A stretch of 64,000 nucleotides of DNA from Eledone cirrhosa (GCA_964016885.1 OZ024753.1:42346001-42410000), one strand, 5' to 3'. Positions 1 through 13,151 are shown, counted from the stretch's first letter. A program made the numbers and translations. The notes: generated from the letters alone by a model not told the origin.

Positions 1-3
1 TAC

Positions 4-146
4 CTTTGAAAAGCAGCTTTAGCTGTCTCCAGAATCTCATCAAGCCATGTGAAATGCTCTTCAAAGCCTTCCAAACATTCGTGAACAAACAAATCACTCT
101 GCTGCACTAAATCCAAACCCAAGGTATGGGGGATTGTTATAGCCAT
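4..146 (-). CDS. INCENP: Inner centromere protein, first coding exon (gene continues beyond the window's left edge)
   Basis: Manual translation MAITIPHTLGLDLVQQSDLFVHECLEGFEEHFTWLDEILETAKAAFQ resembles the INCENP N-terminal helix (human ...DLVWLEEIQEEAERMF). Donor AG|GTA at 3..1; polypyrimidine/CAG acceptor at 208-209, so the exon is 4..207 including 5' UTR. Confidence 0.75.
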
Positions 147-1270
147 ATTCTTAGCGAATCAATTTTCAAATGTTGAATGTTAAAAAAAAAATTTTTTAAA
201 TCTTAAACTGAAACAGAAAAAAATATAAAACCTATAACATCAATGAAGTAGAGAAAAATACAAACAAAATAACAGCAATTAATTATCATTAATACAAGTG
301 AACAGATCGTTGTCAAGTGAAAATTTTCAGTATTAACCCTTTAACATTTACATTACTCTATATTTACTATTGTATTTTCATATCTCACATAATATCAAAT
401 CTATGAGATTTTGATATTTATTTTGAGAACAATACCTTAACATCATTATGAGGGGCCTGTTATGGCCAGTTTAAACAGAAAGAGGTGAGAGAGTTCCGGC
501 CAGATACAGCCAGTTTAAATGCTAAAGGGCTAAAGTAAAGATTTTAATCTTTAATGTGATGCGGTCATAGTGCTGTTTTGTCTTGACTGTAGTTAAATGT
601 GATAGCGAACTGTCTGATTTTTCTATTCCAAAATAAAATTTGTTTGAGAAGCTTTAGTGACCTGTTCATTGGTATGGAGGGATAGTTATAGAAAGTCTAG
701 CAACAATGGTGTTGCTTCAGCCCAGTGGCAGGAACAAGTAAAAGAATCTATACTATAACCATTTGAATTAATCTAGTTTTTAGATGTTTTCTGCTAAACC
801 ATTAAAGGATGTTAAGAGTTAATATCAATATATCAACTAGGGAAATGAAAGTAGCACCAAAATTCTTGAAAATAAATCTAGTTCTGCTTTATTTCTACAA
901 ACATTTATTCTTTTGATATGAAACCTCCCCCATGGGTCTATAGGAACCCTTTAACTCTTTAATGTTCAAACCGGTCAGAATTCTCTAACCTCTTTCTGTT
1001 CAAACCGGCCACTTAAACTGATGTTAAGGTATTTTTCTCAAAATAAATACACTCAAAATCTTTTAGATTCGATATTATATGAGGTAAAGCCTTTACCATG
1101 AAAATATAATAGTATATATAGAGTAATGTAAATACTAAATGGTTAAAATGGGTCCTTTGGGTTTTAATTAAACCCGTTGATACCGAACTGTGATTGGGTC
1201 TACAGGAACCCTTTAAAATGGGTGGTATGGTTTTTTTTTAAATTTAACCTTTTGATACCAAATCACCCAA

Positions 1271-1348
1271 TTATAGGTTTTTATATAAATATAAACACTT
1301 TAACTGCCCTGCTTGTTAAAGTGTTTATATTTATATAAAAACCTATAA
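1271..1348. repeat. Perfect hairpin, 34-bp arms and 10-nt loop
   Basis: ttataggtttttatataaatataaacactttaac, loop tgccctgctt, then the exact reverse complement. Confidence 0.9.
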
Positions 1349-2291
1349 TAATTTGAAATGTGTGTGCCCCAATACAAATGGCCATAATAATTGTTTCTAC
1401 TTTGGCACAAGGCCAGCAATTATCCCAGTGTATTACTGGTACTTTATTTTATGAATCCCGTAAGGATGAAAGGCAAAGTTAATAATAATAGTTGTAGAGA
1501 AACAATTGAGTAAGTACTCCTGGATATGGAAAAAGTGGGGATACTCCCTCTCTATTCCCAAGATGCTTTATTCGATTTTTTTCAACTATTATTATGGTCA
1601 TTTGCTTTGGGGTGCACACATTTCAAATATAATTTTCTCAATGCTTCGTATGTCAACCGTTTATATAGCAATATACTATAACTGTTTAAGTTTTACTTTG
1701 TGTGTGTGTTTGTTTTGACACGAGAGAGAGGTGGACAGACAGATAGAGACCGAAAGAGAGATGTGTGGAGAGACAGACAGACAGAGCACTAGCAATCAAA
1801 ATTAGACATTAAATAAAAAAAATGTTAATTATTATCGAGGGGTTTACTGCAGAAAACAAAATGACAATTTTCCCCTCACTCTTCAGAAGAAGAAAAGAAA
1901 AAGAAAATGACCCCCTGCCCTCTTCTCTATCTGGGTCAGTCTGGAAAGATGTCATAGGCATCGTTTTTCTTCTCAGACCAGAAATATGTTGCACTTAAAA
2001 CATTTAAATGTCAAATACTTGGCCTAAAACTGACAAATTAAGGCAAATAAATAAACAGTAATGTTGGTTTCTATCTTAATTCTGACAGACAGAGTATATT
2101 TATTAGTTTAAACGTGTAGTTGCGAGAGGATGTTATATATTTGTGGGAATAAACAGAGAAAAACTATTTTCCCCCAGCATAGGTTACATATGTAAAATAT
2201 ATATATTAGCTATGACGGCCGGCTGAAAAGATACTCTCATAGAATGACCAAATGAGGTTTAGATACCCTAGTATATCTATATATATATATA

Positions 2292-2619
2292 TGGCTTAGT
2301 GGTTAGAGCATTGGCCTTGCAATCGAAAGGTTGTGAGTTCAATTCTCAGACTGGGTGATGTATTGTTTCCTTGAGCAAGACACTTTATTTTTCATTGCTC
2401 CAGTTTACTCAGCTGTAGAAATGAGATGATAGGGACTGGGGTCCCTATCATTCCACTGTAAAGTGGTCGTGCAGGTGCCACGGCAAAAAAGCAGCCAGCA
2501 CTCACTGTAAATGAGGTTGGTGTTAGGAAGGGCATCCAGCTGTAGAAATCAAGCCAGAATCAGTTCCCGTCCCACCCTTGCAAGTAGGGAAAAAGCGGAC
2601 GTAAAATGAAATGATGATG
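2292..2619 (+). mobile_element. tRNA-derived SINE (family B), near-identical to 24632..24950(-)
   Basis: tRNA-like head (tggcttagtggttagagc...gagttcaattctc), shared core ccttgagcaag...ccagtttactcagctgtagaaatgag, and (atg)n tail. Confidence 0.8.
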
Positions 2620-2626
2620 ATATATG

Positions 2627-2826
2627 TATGAGGGTCGACTGAAAAGTTGATATACTGGCCAAGATACTCTCATGGAATGACCAAAATGAGGTTTATTTTT
2701 CAACATAGTCCCTGGAAAGAAACAATGTAATTATTAATAAGAAGAGTTGGAATTAATGCATGCAAGATGTCACAGCTCTAGCATCACTCCATAGTCAGCT
2801 TATGAACTTTTCAGAAGACCCTCGTA
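2627..2826. mobile_element. Mariner-type MITE
   Basis: TIRs tatgagggtcgactgaaaagtt / aacttttcagaagaccctcgta with TA ends; a second copy at 46631..46975. Confidence 0.75.
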
Positions 2827-4868
2827 TATAAAAGTCGACCTGTATTGATAGCATTAAAACCCTTTCGTTACCATATTTCTAATGAAAGACACTCACTGCA
2901 GGACTTTCAAATAATTCCGAAAATAATCAGGATTTTGTAATATAACTAACTTTCTCGTTATTATTATTATTATTAAACTGGTGATTGAAACAAAGAATCT
3001 TACTTAAAATGTTAAGATAAATATAAACACTTTAAAACAAACAGGTTTGTATCGTAGAACTAGGGGTGGGTGGAACATGACTTAACAAAGGTTCTTACAT
3101 AAAATTAAGAGGGAAACTTTAAATAAATATAAATATTTTAGATCCAAAGGTTTTGGTGTCAAAACTGTGTTAATTAATTTAACCAATTAATGTTATATAT
3201 CTCTAATTGTAAGATGCTATATTTATTTTGTTAATTACTAAATTACCATTAAAAAAAAAATTAGTTATATTCCTACTTTAACGACTATCTCTTTGTATTT
3301 CTTTACATTTTAGAACTTTTATCACAAGTTCAAACGATATAAGAAGTTGTTTGTTTTAAAGTGTTTATATTTATCTAAAAACAAAACAAAACAACATTCT
3401 TCCATCGTACTAATAACCTTTGTTAAGTTATGTTCCAAAATAACGAGAAAGTTATATTACTTTATAGAACATAAGACCACCTCCCCCATTCCATCAGGAA
3501 TTTCACATACAAGACCGTAAGTGATATTTTTTAGGGAGCTGGGTACTTTATAAGCCATCAAATACAAATTCTTAATTATTTTCAAAATCAGACAGTGAGT
3601 GTCTTTTGTTTAGAAATATGGCAACGAAAGAGTAAATTTAGGTAACTATAAATAAATATATTCTAGAGTCGGTTAATATTTTTAGTATGAAGCTCGGTAG
3701 AAATTAGAACAAGTAGTAAAGAATATTTAAAAAATCAGTTTGTGTCACATTCAAACAAGTTATGGCGGTGAAACGAGTCTTGACAAACTAATATATATAT
3801 ATATATTCGATCAACAGTTAGGTGGGGAGGAAATTAAAGTTTTAACATTTAGGGATAAGATAATAGTAAATTATATAGATATATATTCCCATTTTTCCTT
3901 TTATTCCATCTTACAACATTCGACTCTGTATATATAAGGGGATTGATCAAGACAGATTTATGCCGGTTAGTCACTCAACACTGTCTAAAACATTTATATA
4001 TATATAAATATATATAAATATATTTATTTATATATAAATGTTTCAGTTCATTTAGATAGAACAGAAACATAAATATGATTCTCGTATATCAGATAAATAA
4101 ATATATTTCTTATATATTGTTTGTATATCTTCGTTATAAGGAGTCATAACTGCAAGTAAAGTCTTTATTATTTCTTCTCTCGCTTTGATTATATATAAAC
4201 TGTATATTATTATATTTATAAGGTTTCTAACAATAATTAATTAATTAATTATATCTATGTATGTATTTATATTTAATCTTATATATTTGTTATATGAAAA
4301 AATTACAATACCACTCCATAGTAATAAAATGTATTACAACTATAAATATATATAAATCTAAAAATATACTTAAAACATTAGAATAATAAATTACACGAAT
4401 AAAATAAGTTTATAGAATGAAAAGAGACTAAGAAAAAAAAATGAAACCAAATATAACATTTCTAGTTATATTTTAAGCCATAAATACAATAAATGTATTT
4501 AAATATTCTATCCCATGCAGCCGTTTTTTTTTTTTAAGATAGAAAAATATAATTATTTATCTTTGATTGTAAGTAAACCTACTTTAGTTGCTTATATATT
4601 TAACTGATTGTATTTTCTAATAAAGGAAAATATAAATAAATACCTTTCTCATGTAAAAATAACATTTTTGTTTGTCTATCTTCGTTATAAAACACACAAA
4701 AATGTTTATATCTAAGTAAATATATAATTATTAAATGAAATAGACATCTAAGAAGAAGAAGAAATATATTTAAAATATTACAATAAATTATGTTAATAAA
4801 ATAAGTTAATTAGAGACAATAATTAATTATAATGTAATTTATAATAAATATATATTATTATTATTTAC

Positions 4869-4950
4869 CTAAATGTAAGGAGCCGTGATTTTTGGTAAAA
4901 AAACGTGAAGAAAATTTAAAAAATAGCGCCTTGGTCTCATTGACCAATGA
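4869..4950 (-). promoter_or_regulatory. Candidate INCENP promoter and non-coding first exon (CDE/CHR-like element plus CCAAT)
   Basis: Minus strand reads GGCGCTATTT-TTTAAA (4930..4915); CCAAT at 4944..4948; donor AG|GTAAAT at 4869/4868. Confidence 0.4.
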
Positions 4951-5086
4951 AAACACTACAAATAGAATTCTTACAGAGCTAGCTTTTATTGCAGCCTTGG
5001 CTAACTTTCGTATTTGTGTACGTGCTGGTGTGTTTATAGTGATTGACTTGTTATATATATGTATATATGGATATATTTATAACAAT

Positions 5087-5119
<33 letters not shown>

Positions 5120-5397
5120 AACAGATATATACACGCATATGCTTGTTTATATATACACGCCCCCTTTTTTTTATTTATAATTGTATATAGATTATATATG
5201 TATAATAAAATATATATTTTAATTATGAGAATATTTTTCATTTCTTAACATTTTGAATAATATTAAATACTCCAGGAAAATCTATTGTCGAGTGCTTCTA
5301 ATCTATTCTAAAATTGTATTCGTTGAATAATCAACGAACCCTATATATATATATATATATATATATAAGATCAAAAGATGGTTAAATGAGTTCCATG

Positions 5398-5468
5398 TAT
5401 TTTATTATGCGCATTTCAAAAACAAATATCATCATGCAATAACATTTGTGTTTTCATCAGATAAAATA
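5398..5468 (-). ncRNA. Type I minimal hammerhead ribozyme motif (inverted copy)
   Basis: Reverse complement of the 5554..5624 motif. Confidence 0.75.
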
Positions 5469-5553
5469 GGAAGATAGTGGATAGTGCAGTTTTAAATGTT
5501 GATTTAAAACTGCACTATCCACAAGTGTTTTTAACCTTCATATCATGTCTTCC

Positions 5554-5624
5554 TATTTTATCTGATGAAAACACAAATGTTATTGCATGATGATATTTGT
5601 TTTTGAAATGCGCATAATAAAATA
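5554..5624 (+). ncRNA. Type I minimal hammerhead ribozyme motif
   Basis: tattttat-CTGATGA(5562)-stem II aaacacaaat..atttgttttt-GAAA(5605)-TGCGCA-TA^-ataaaata; 8-bp stem I. Confidence 0.8.
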
Positions 5625-5899
5625 CATGGAACTCATTTAACCATCTTTTGATCTTATATATTATGTATACTCCAGTCCTACAAACTGTAGAGTGCTTCTT
5701 ATCCGATATCTGCATTGCTTTATTGTACTACAATAAAACTCACCTCCTACATTATATATATATATATATATATATATATAACCAAAGATTAACTATCTTG
5801 ATTATGTCTCATCTCACTGTGTCGTGGTCTGAGGTTAAAGAACAATCTAAACTTCAAGTAGAACATCACTATCTTGGTAGGAGATTATCATACAAGACT

Positions 5900-6484
5900 A
5901 TCTACTATCACCACCACCACCACCACTATCACCACCACCACCACCACCAGCATCATCATCACCACTACCACTACCACCACCACCATCACCACCACCACTA
6001 CCACATCACCACCACCATCATCATCATCACCACTACCACCACCATCATCATCACCACCACCACTACCACCATCATCATCACCACCACTACCACATCACCA
6101 CCACTACCACCATCATCATCATCACCACCACCATCACATCACCACCACCACTACCACCACCACCATCATCATCACCACCACAACTACCACCATCACATCA
6201 CCACCACCACCACATCACCACCACCACCACCACATCATCACCACCACCACCACTACCACTACCACCACCATCATCATCACCACCACCACCACATCACCAC
6301 CACCACCACTACCACATCACCACCACCACTACCACATCACCACCACCACTACCACATCACCATCACCACCACCACCACATCACCACCACCACCACACCAC
6401 CATCACCACCACATCACCATCACCACCACCACCACTACCACATCACCACCACCACCACATCACCACATCACCACCACCACCACC
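5900..6484. repeat. (CAC/CAT)n imperfect trinucleotide microsatellite
   Basis: Direct inspection. Confidence 0.95.
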
Positions 6485-6735
6485 ATGTTGGACTTACGAT
6501 CATAATGTCATGGGTTCAATTACTGGGCTGGGTTCTGTGTTGTGTTCTTGAGCAAAACACTTCATTTCATGATGTTCCAGTATACTCAGCTGAAAATGAG
6601 AACTAGCAATAGCTGGGAGTTTAACCCTGTGATGGACTGGCGTCCTGTCCAGGGGGAAGTCTTGTACTCTCAGTCATTTCATGCCACGAAACCGGAATAA
6701 GTGTCGGGTTGATGAGCCTGTGGGCTTTAGCCAGA
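6485..6735 (+). mobile_element. tRNA-derived SINE (family B-related)
   Basis: gggttcaatt B-box, gtgttcttgagcaa core, gatggactggcgtcctgtccaggg; related copy at 11995..12220. Confidence 0.65.
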
Positions 6736-6809
6736 GTTTATACTTTTTAAAATGTTGTCTCTAGAGGTTCCTGTTGTTGATTTGTGTGTCTATAGAAGTG
6801 GTTTGAAAG

Positions 6810-7395
6810 AAGAGAGAGAGAGGGGGGAAGTGGTGATATAGAGTCACAGACAGAGAGAGAGAGAGGGGGGAAGTGGTGATTATAGAGTCACAGACAGAGA
6901 GAGAGGGGGGGGAAGTGGTGATATAGAGTCACAGACAGAGAGAGAGAGGGTTGGATGATATAGTCACGCAGATAGAGAGAGAGAGGGGGGGGGTGATATA
7001 GTCACGCAGATAGAGAGGGGGGAGGGTGATATAGTCACGCAGAGAGAGGGGGGGGGTGATATAGAATCAATCAAATAGAGAGAGAGAGGGTTGGATGATA
7101 TAGTCACGCAAAGAGAGAGAGAGAGGGGGGAATGATATAGAATCAATCAAATAGAGAGAGAGAGAGAGGGTTGGATGATATAGTCACGCAGAGAGAGAGA
7201 GAGAGAGGGGGGGGGGAATGATATAGAATCACACAAAGAGAGAGAGAGAGAGAGGGGGAATGATATAGAATCACACAAAGAGAGAGAGGGGGTGATATAG
7301 AGACACACAAAGAGAGAGAGTCACGCAGTGAGAGAGAGGTAATAAAGAGTCACGCAAAGAGAGAGAGAGAGAGAGAAGTGTAGAGATCCAGAGAG
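6810..7395. repeat. GA-rich minisatellite (about 30-38 bp unit, gatatagtcacgcagagagagaggggg)
   Basis: Direct inspection. Confidence 0.85.
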
Positions 7396-7648
7396 AGAAG
7401 CTGATACATTTAGTTATTCTTTATATATATATATACATAACCACACTATATATATATACCGTTAACATACATTGTGTTATAACCACATTATAAACTAGTT
7501 TACGTTCATTCTGAGTATATACACCAGTTCACATTGATTGTGTGTATATATATATATATATATATATACCCGGTTAACGTTCATCTGTGTATATAAAACA
7601 CTGTAAACCGTCCACTTTCATTGTGTATATAATCACATTACTTACACC

Positions 7649-7657
7649 ATGTCTGCG
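7649..7657 (+). CDS. DBI: Acyl-CoA-binding protein, exon 1 (MSA)
   Basis: accATGTCTGCG|GTAAGT: good Kozak context and perfect donor. A 3-codon first exon is typical of ACBP genes, and phase 0 fits exon 2. Confidence 0.7.
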
Positions 7658-8199
7658 GTAAGTTATTTTACGTGTTTTAACTGTCTTTCTCACGACATCT
7701 TTTCTTTCACTTTAATTACAATCTTAATAATTAAATACTAAATATAATCAAACATTAAAAAATATATTATTTGTTATTTAAAACATGTTTTATTAAATAT
7801 TATTGTAGTTTAGTTGTATAAACTCCAGCACGCCTGAGATGAAAGATACATCATTAAGAGAAGAAACTGATTTATTTTAAAAGATTAGAAATATACATCT
7901 CTATATTTCAATTAATTAGTAAATGAAATCTTATTAATTTATTAACATATTTAGAATAATTGATAAATGTAGTTTTATTATTATTAATTTATTTAACTGA
8001 GTAAATGTATTAAATTAAGGTTTTATGAGATATTTGTTATAATGAGGTTTACTGAATTAATATGGAGTGTATGTTTTATAAATTATTCGTTTCATCTATG
8101 TTGTTTCTCTCTTCGATCAACATTGTTTCAAATATATTTGATTGATTAATTTTATTCCTGGGTAAACTGACAACATTTCCCACCGGCCCAAATCGCCAA

Positions 8200-8560
8200 A
8201 TACTACCGGACAAAGTCTTTCGTTCTTACCGGCCCCACGACTACCAGACAAAGTCCCCCTATTACTACTGGACATAATCAGCCCACTACTACCAGACATA
8301 ATCAGCCCACTTCTACAGGACAAAGTCCCTACTACTACCGGACATAATCAGCCCACTTCTACAGGACAAAGTCCTTACTACAACCGGACAAAGTCCCTAC
8401 TACTACCAGACATAATCAGCCCACTTCTACAGGACAAAGTCCCTACTACTACCGGACATAATCAGCCCACTTCTACAGGACAAAGTCCTTACTACTACCG
8501 GACAAAGTCCCTACTACTACCAGACATAATCAGCCCACTTCTACAGGACAAAGTCCTTCA
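8200..8560. repeat. Composite minisatellite of about 21 and 24 bp subunits
   Basis: Alternating actactaccagacataatcagccc and acttctacaggacaaagtccct. Confidence 0.9.
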
Positions 8561-8972
8561 TTCTTACCGGACCAGACAAAAACCCGACAGTAAAAAAACC
8601 CAAAAAACTGTAAAAGATAAGAATAAGTTTTTCTTTTTGCCATCTGATGAGATTTTTGAACCCAGAGAGTCCGTATATAAACTCAATCTGTCGGTACTAT
8701 TAGGGTTTTGTGCAAGGACCCTAAGGAAATTTCCAGCTAAAGGGACCCCATACAAACTCAATCTGTCGCTATTGGGGTTTTATGATAGATCCTAATGAAA
8801 TGTTTAGCTATAGGGTCCCCATACAAACTTAATCTCGGTTTTATTGGGGTTTTGTGATGGACCCTGATATTGCGATCCTATGGAGAATGGAGTGTATGTA
8901 ATAAATACATTATATATGTCTTCTCTCCTTATTTTCTCTCATTAATTTCTATCGTTGCCGTGGATGCCGTAA

Positions 8973-9159
8973 GGCGGTGGATTGGCAGTATCGGTAGAGG
9001 ATCGGACGCCATGCTTTCCAGCATAGTTACGTCCCTTTACGATCTGAGTTCAAATCCCGCCGAGGTTGACTTTGCCTTTCATCCTTACGGGGTCGGTAAA
9101 ATAAAGTACCAGTAATGCACTGGGTAATTGCTGGCCTTGTGCCTAAAGTAGAAACAATT
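8973..9159 (+). mobile_element. tRNA-derived SINE (family A), with a partial tandem copy to about 9295
   Basis: A-box tggcagtatcggt, B-box gagttcaaatcc, body ctttgcctttcatccttacggggtc, tail ggccttgtgcctaaagtagaaac; more than 10 copies in the window. Confidence 0.85.
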
Positions 9160-10527
9160 AATTTCTATCGTTGCCATTCTGAGTTCAAATCCCACCGAGG
9201 TTAACTTTGCCTTTCATCCTTACGGGGTCGGTAAAATAAAGTACCAGTAATACACTGGAATAATTGCTGGCCTTGTGCCAAAAGTAGAAACAATTAATTT
9301 ATATCGATTGTGTCTCTTAAAACCATATTTATTTGTTTTTTCCGCTTTAATTATATATTACTTGTGTATTATGTTTATAAGGGTCCTAGCAATAATTATT
9401 ATATGTATGTACTTCTATCTGATATAATAAATGTATGTCTCCCAATTATTCAAAGATTATTAATTAGAAAGAAGAAAAAGTTAATTTATAAACCCCTGGG
9501 ATCGATGTAATAATTTGGACTCAAGAATTAAAGTGTTTTTCTTAAGTAAATAACTTTTTATTACATTTATTATATCAGACAGAAATACATATAATTAAAT
9601 TTATTATTGCTAGGACCCTTCGAATTATAATACACAAAAATATACAATCAAAGCGAAAAGAAAAACATTAATTTAACAGTAATGACAAGTGATGTGGGGT
9701 TCGATTCATGCAGGCGTCTCTTTCCACATTCTGTCGCCTGAGGGTGTTTTACCTCATATATTTCATTATTTATTAATTGATCTGTATTGTGGAGACTTTT
9801 CAAAAAAGTCAAATGTATTTGTGTTTTAATAATTAATAATAAATATTTCTATTTATTTAATTTTCTAAATTTCTCACCGGTTCTGACAAGTTTTTCCTCA
9901 TCTAATTAATTCTCAGGACTCCCTAAAATTACTAAAGTACCCCCAATAGCTTCTTTTTATTAAAAAAATACGGCTTGATAAAGTTAAACTTGTCTAAGGC
10001 AAGCTCCTCTTCATTAAAACATCAGTAATAGTTAATAAATAATATATATATATTTATTCCTTTCATGTCAGTCGTTATATTACATTTGTTTAAACATTGA
10101 ACTCGGGTATGACTAATTAAAGTTGTTATAATCGTGTCTGAGCCCTACTTTTATTTTATTTTCTACAACTAGGCATAAATCCCCACCACTATAATTATGT
10201 GTGAGATCGAGAGAGAAAAGAGAGACAGTAAATAAAAGATATCCGCCTACAAAAAGTGTTATTTCAAATCTCGCCATTTTGTATATTTTAACAGTTATTT
10301 TTTCTCATTTTTAAACATAATCTTATATCTTGGTATTTATTACTACATTTTACCGGCACTTTATTAAATTTATTTATTCGAAATACAGCAATTAAAAAAA
10401 AATCATTATAGCTAAGAGATAATTGTTTGTTTTTTTTTAGTACCATCAACATTTAACACCTAGAAACTGACTTATTAGATGTGAAAAAAAAAACTTAAGT
10501 ATTTTTAGTTTCCTTATATATATATAT

Positions 10528-11447
10528 GGCCCGGAAAACTATTAGTCTTTTAAGACTATACAGAGCATTTGATGTTATTCCAAATTGAAGGATAAGTGTT
10601 TCAAACTTTATTTTATCATGAGTTAAAGGTCTATAGATTTTTCCCCGGATTTCACTAAATTCTGTGGATGAATTTATGTCCTGATTCTCTTTTGAGATGA
10701 GTTTGAGTTATTTTTCCTAAATCTTTCGTTAACTACTTTTCCCATCTTGACGTTATAGTCGCATATATGTTATAGAATGCCGTTAGCTTCTTGCTAAAAC
10801 AATCTCTATACCTCTCATTTATATTTATACTCGGATTCTTTTCCTAGAGTGCTTAAACTATCTGTGACTAATCCCGGTTTTTTTCATAAAAACTGTGATA
10901 ATTATTGCTATTTTGCTGAACTCCTTTTGTAGAGTTTTTTTCAGAATGTATTTGACTGCTATTTCTTGTAAATAAACATTCACTTCCATCCTGACGTCAC
11001 TAGCCCCGTTTTTTCCTCATTGTACTTTTTCATAATTACACATGAAGGCGAACTAGCCAGTTTTAGAATTCCCTTTTTCGGATTATATTACTGTGAGAGC
11101 CCTGGTTTTCTGTTGAGCTCTGCTGATGAATGAAATCCAACCGTAACCATCTCCACTGAAAGTTTTCATGAAATAGTCTTTTAAGACTATACAGAGCATT
11201 TGATGTTATTCCAAATTGAAGGATAAGTGTTTCAAACTTTATTTTATCATGAGTTAAAGGTCTATAGATTTTTCCCCGGATTTCACTAAATTCTGTGGAT
11301 GAATTTATGTCCTGATTCTCTTTTGAGATGAGTTTGAGTTATTTTTCCTAAATCTTTCGTTAACTACTTTTCCCATCTTGACGTTATAGTCGCATATATG
11401 TTATAGAATGCCGTTAGCTTCTTGCTAAAACAATCTCTATACCTCTC

Positions 11448-11481
<34 letters not shown>

Positions 11482-11490
11482 TTCCGGGCC
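10528..11490 (+). mobile_element. Retrozyme or Penelope-pLTR-like element with about 282-bp direct repeats and a hammerhead
   Basis: Near-identical repeats 10543..10824 and 11174..11455 (period 631); short inverted ends ggcccggaaaacta / tagttttccgggcc; (TA)n flanks; hammerhead at the junction. Confidence 0.7.
11117..11197 (+). ncRNA. Type I hammerhead ribozyme with full stem III
   Basis: gctctg-CTGATGA(11123)-atgaaa..tttcat-GAAA(11170)-tagtctt tt aagacta-TA^(11191)-cagagc; all three stems pair. Confidence 0.85.
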
Positions 11491-11521
<31 letters not shown>

Positions 11522-11643
11522 CCGATTAAAGTTTAAGCAAAGAATCGCTGCTTTCAGCCTTAACGGGGAAGATCCCATTAAAAGTGAAAGCAGCGATTCT
11601 TTTCTTAAACTTTAATGTTATTTTAATAAATATTGCTCTACGG

Positions 11644-11694
<51 letters not shown>

Positions 11695-11731
11695 GCCCTC
11701 TTCGGATTTTAGTCTTCACATTTATTATTAT

Positions 11732-11784
<53 letters not shown>

Positions 11785-11807
11785 GAAAGTGAACACAATA
11801 TATAACT

Positions 11808-11875
11808 ACATTAACAAAGGTTTCAGGATCCCAGACAATATTAATATACGTCTGGATCGTTCATCAGACAGATGT
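11808..11875 (-). ncRNA. Degenerate hammerhead motif
   Basis: Minus strand CTGATGA-acgatccagac..gtctgggatcct-GAAAC; stem II is good but stem I is poor. Confidence 0.4.
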
Positions 11876-13151
11876 TTTATATATATATATATATATATAG
11901 TTTTGTTAATAAATAACAGGACAGTCTTTTATTTTAGCGCCGTTCCGCCTCGGACATATCATTTTTCAGTTAAACTATTCAGTTTTGTGAAGCCGCATGG
12001 CTTAATGGTTAAGAAACTTGACGTAGGATCATAATGCCGTTGGTTCGATTCCTGGACAGGTTGCTGTGTTGTGTTCTTGAGCAAGGCGCTTCTATTTCGC
12101 GTTGCTATATTACACTCGGCTAAGATTAAGTACTAGCAGTGGCTGGAGAGTTAAAGCTGCGATAGACTGGCATCCTGACCAGGGGGAAACCTTGTTATAC
12201 TCTCAGTCGCTTAACGGTAAAATCTGCAGCCAGGTTTCAATTTCTGGTTGTAACTATTTTATCTCTTCTTCAGTAAAATAGGTTATCAGTCAAACTCTTT
12301 TAATACTAAATCTAGGTAAATTCTTATCATTTCATTAATGATATGACACTTCATATTATATTTTAAGTGTATATATAACCACACACTTCAATATACAAGT
12401 ATGAACTATGATTCTTTTATCATTTATATCCATATTCTCCTTGAATTTTGTTTTATTCAGTTAGATATGTATTCTCAAGGTAATGCCCTCCCACCCAGTC
12501 TGATACATATTAAGACCCCCCTCAGATATGTATTGTCACGGTAGTTTCCCCTCAGTCAGATATATATTGTCAAGGTAGTGTTCCCTTTGTCAGGTATTAA
12601 GACAATGCTTCCTCAGCCAGATATATATCAACACAATTACCCCTCCATCAGATATATATTTTCAAGGCAATGTCCCATTGAAAATATGTTCACTAAACAA
12701 AATATTTGAATTTAGTAAGCTCACCATCCACATCTCCCCATAATACACTGACAAAGTTGATAGAATATTGGATAGCATGCTGTATTCTGTGTTGAAATCC
12801 TGTTGAGGTCAACTTTGCTTTTCCTCCTTTCGAGAGCAATAAAGTACCAGTCAAGTACTGGGGTTGATTTTTTTCTTTCTCTCTCTGTTGAGATCCGGAG
12901 AGGAGAGGTCTCTGCCAGGTTTAAAATACCCAAGTCACGACAGCATCCCTTTAACCCATCAAGAACTAAAGATCATCATCATCACAACATTTAATGACTG
13001 TTTTCCCTGCAAGCAAGGCTTGGACCAATACATACAATACTTTATGTACTTGTGGATACTAAAATAGGGCAAAATATTGTTAGATTGTTTTATACAGTTA
13101 AGGTTTGTTACTTCAAATTATAATTTAAAACATTTTTTTTTTTTTTTGTAG

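Noticed and set aside
5648-6551. Long His/Thr/Pro-rich ORFs (also 51102..51752 and 54705..55143)
   Set aside because: Translations of (CAC)n/(GTG)n microsatellites, open in several frames, with no splice or domain support.
8973-9065. tRNA-like sequences with A and B boxes
   Set aside because: They are SINE heads joined to a shared body and tail; no complete cloverleaf was seen.
9685-9745. Possible C/D snoRNA in ACBP intron 1 (GTGATG...CTGA with a caggcg/cgcctg stem)
   Set aside because: Imperfect C box, no terminal stem and no recognisable rRNA guide.
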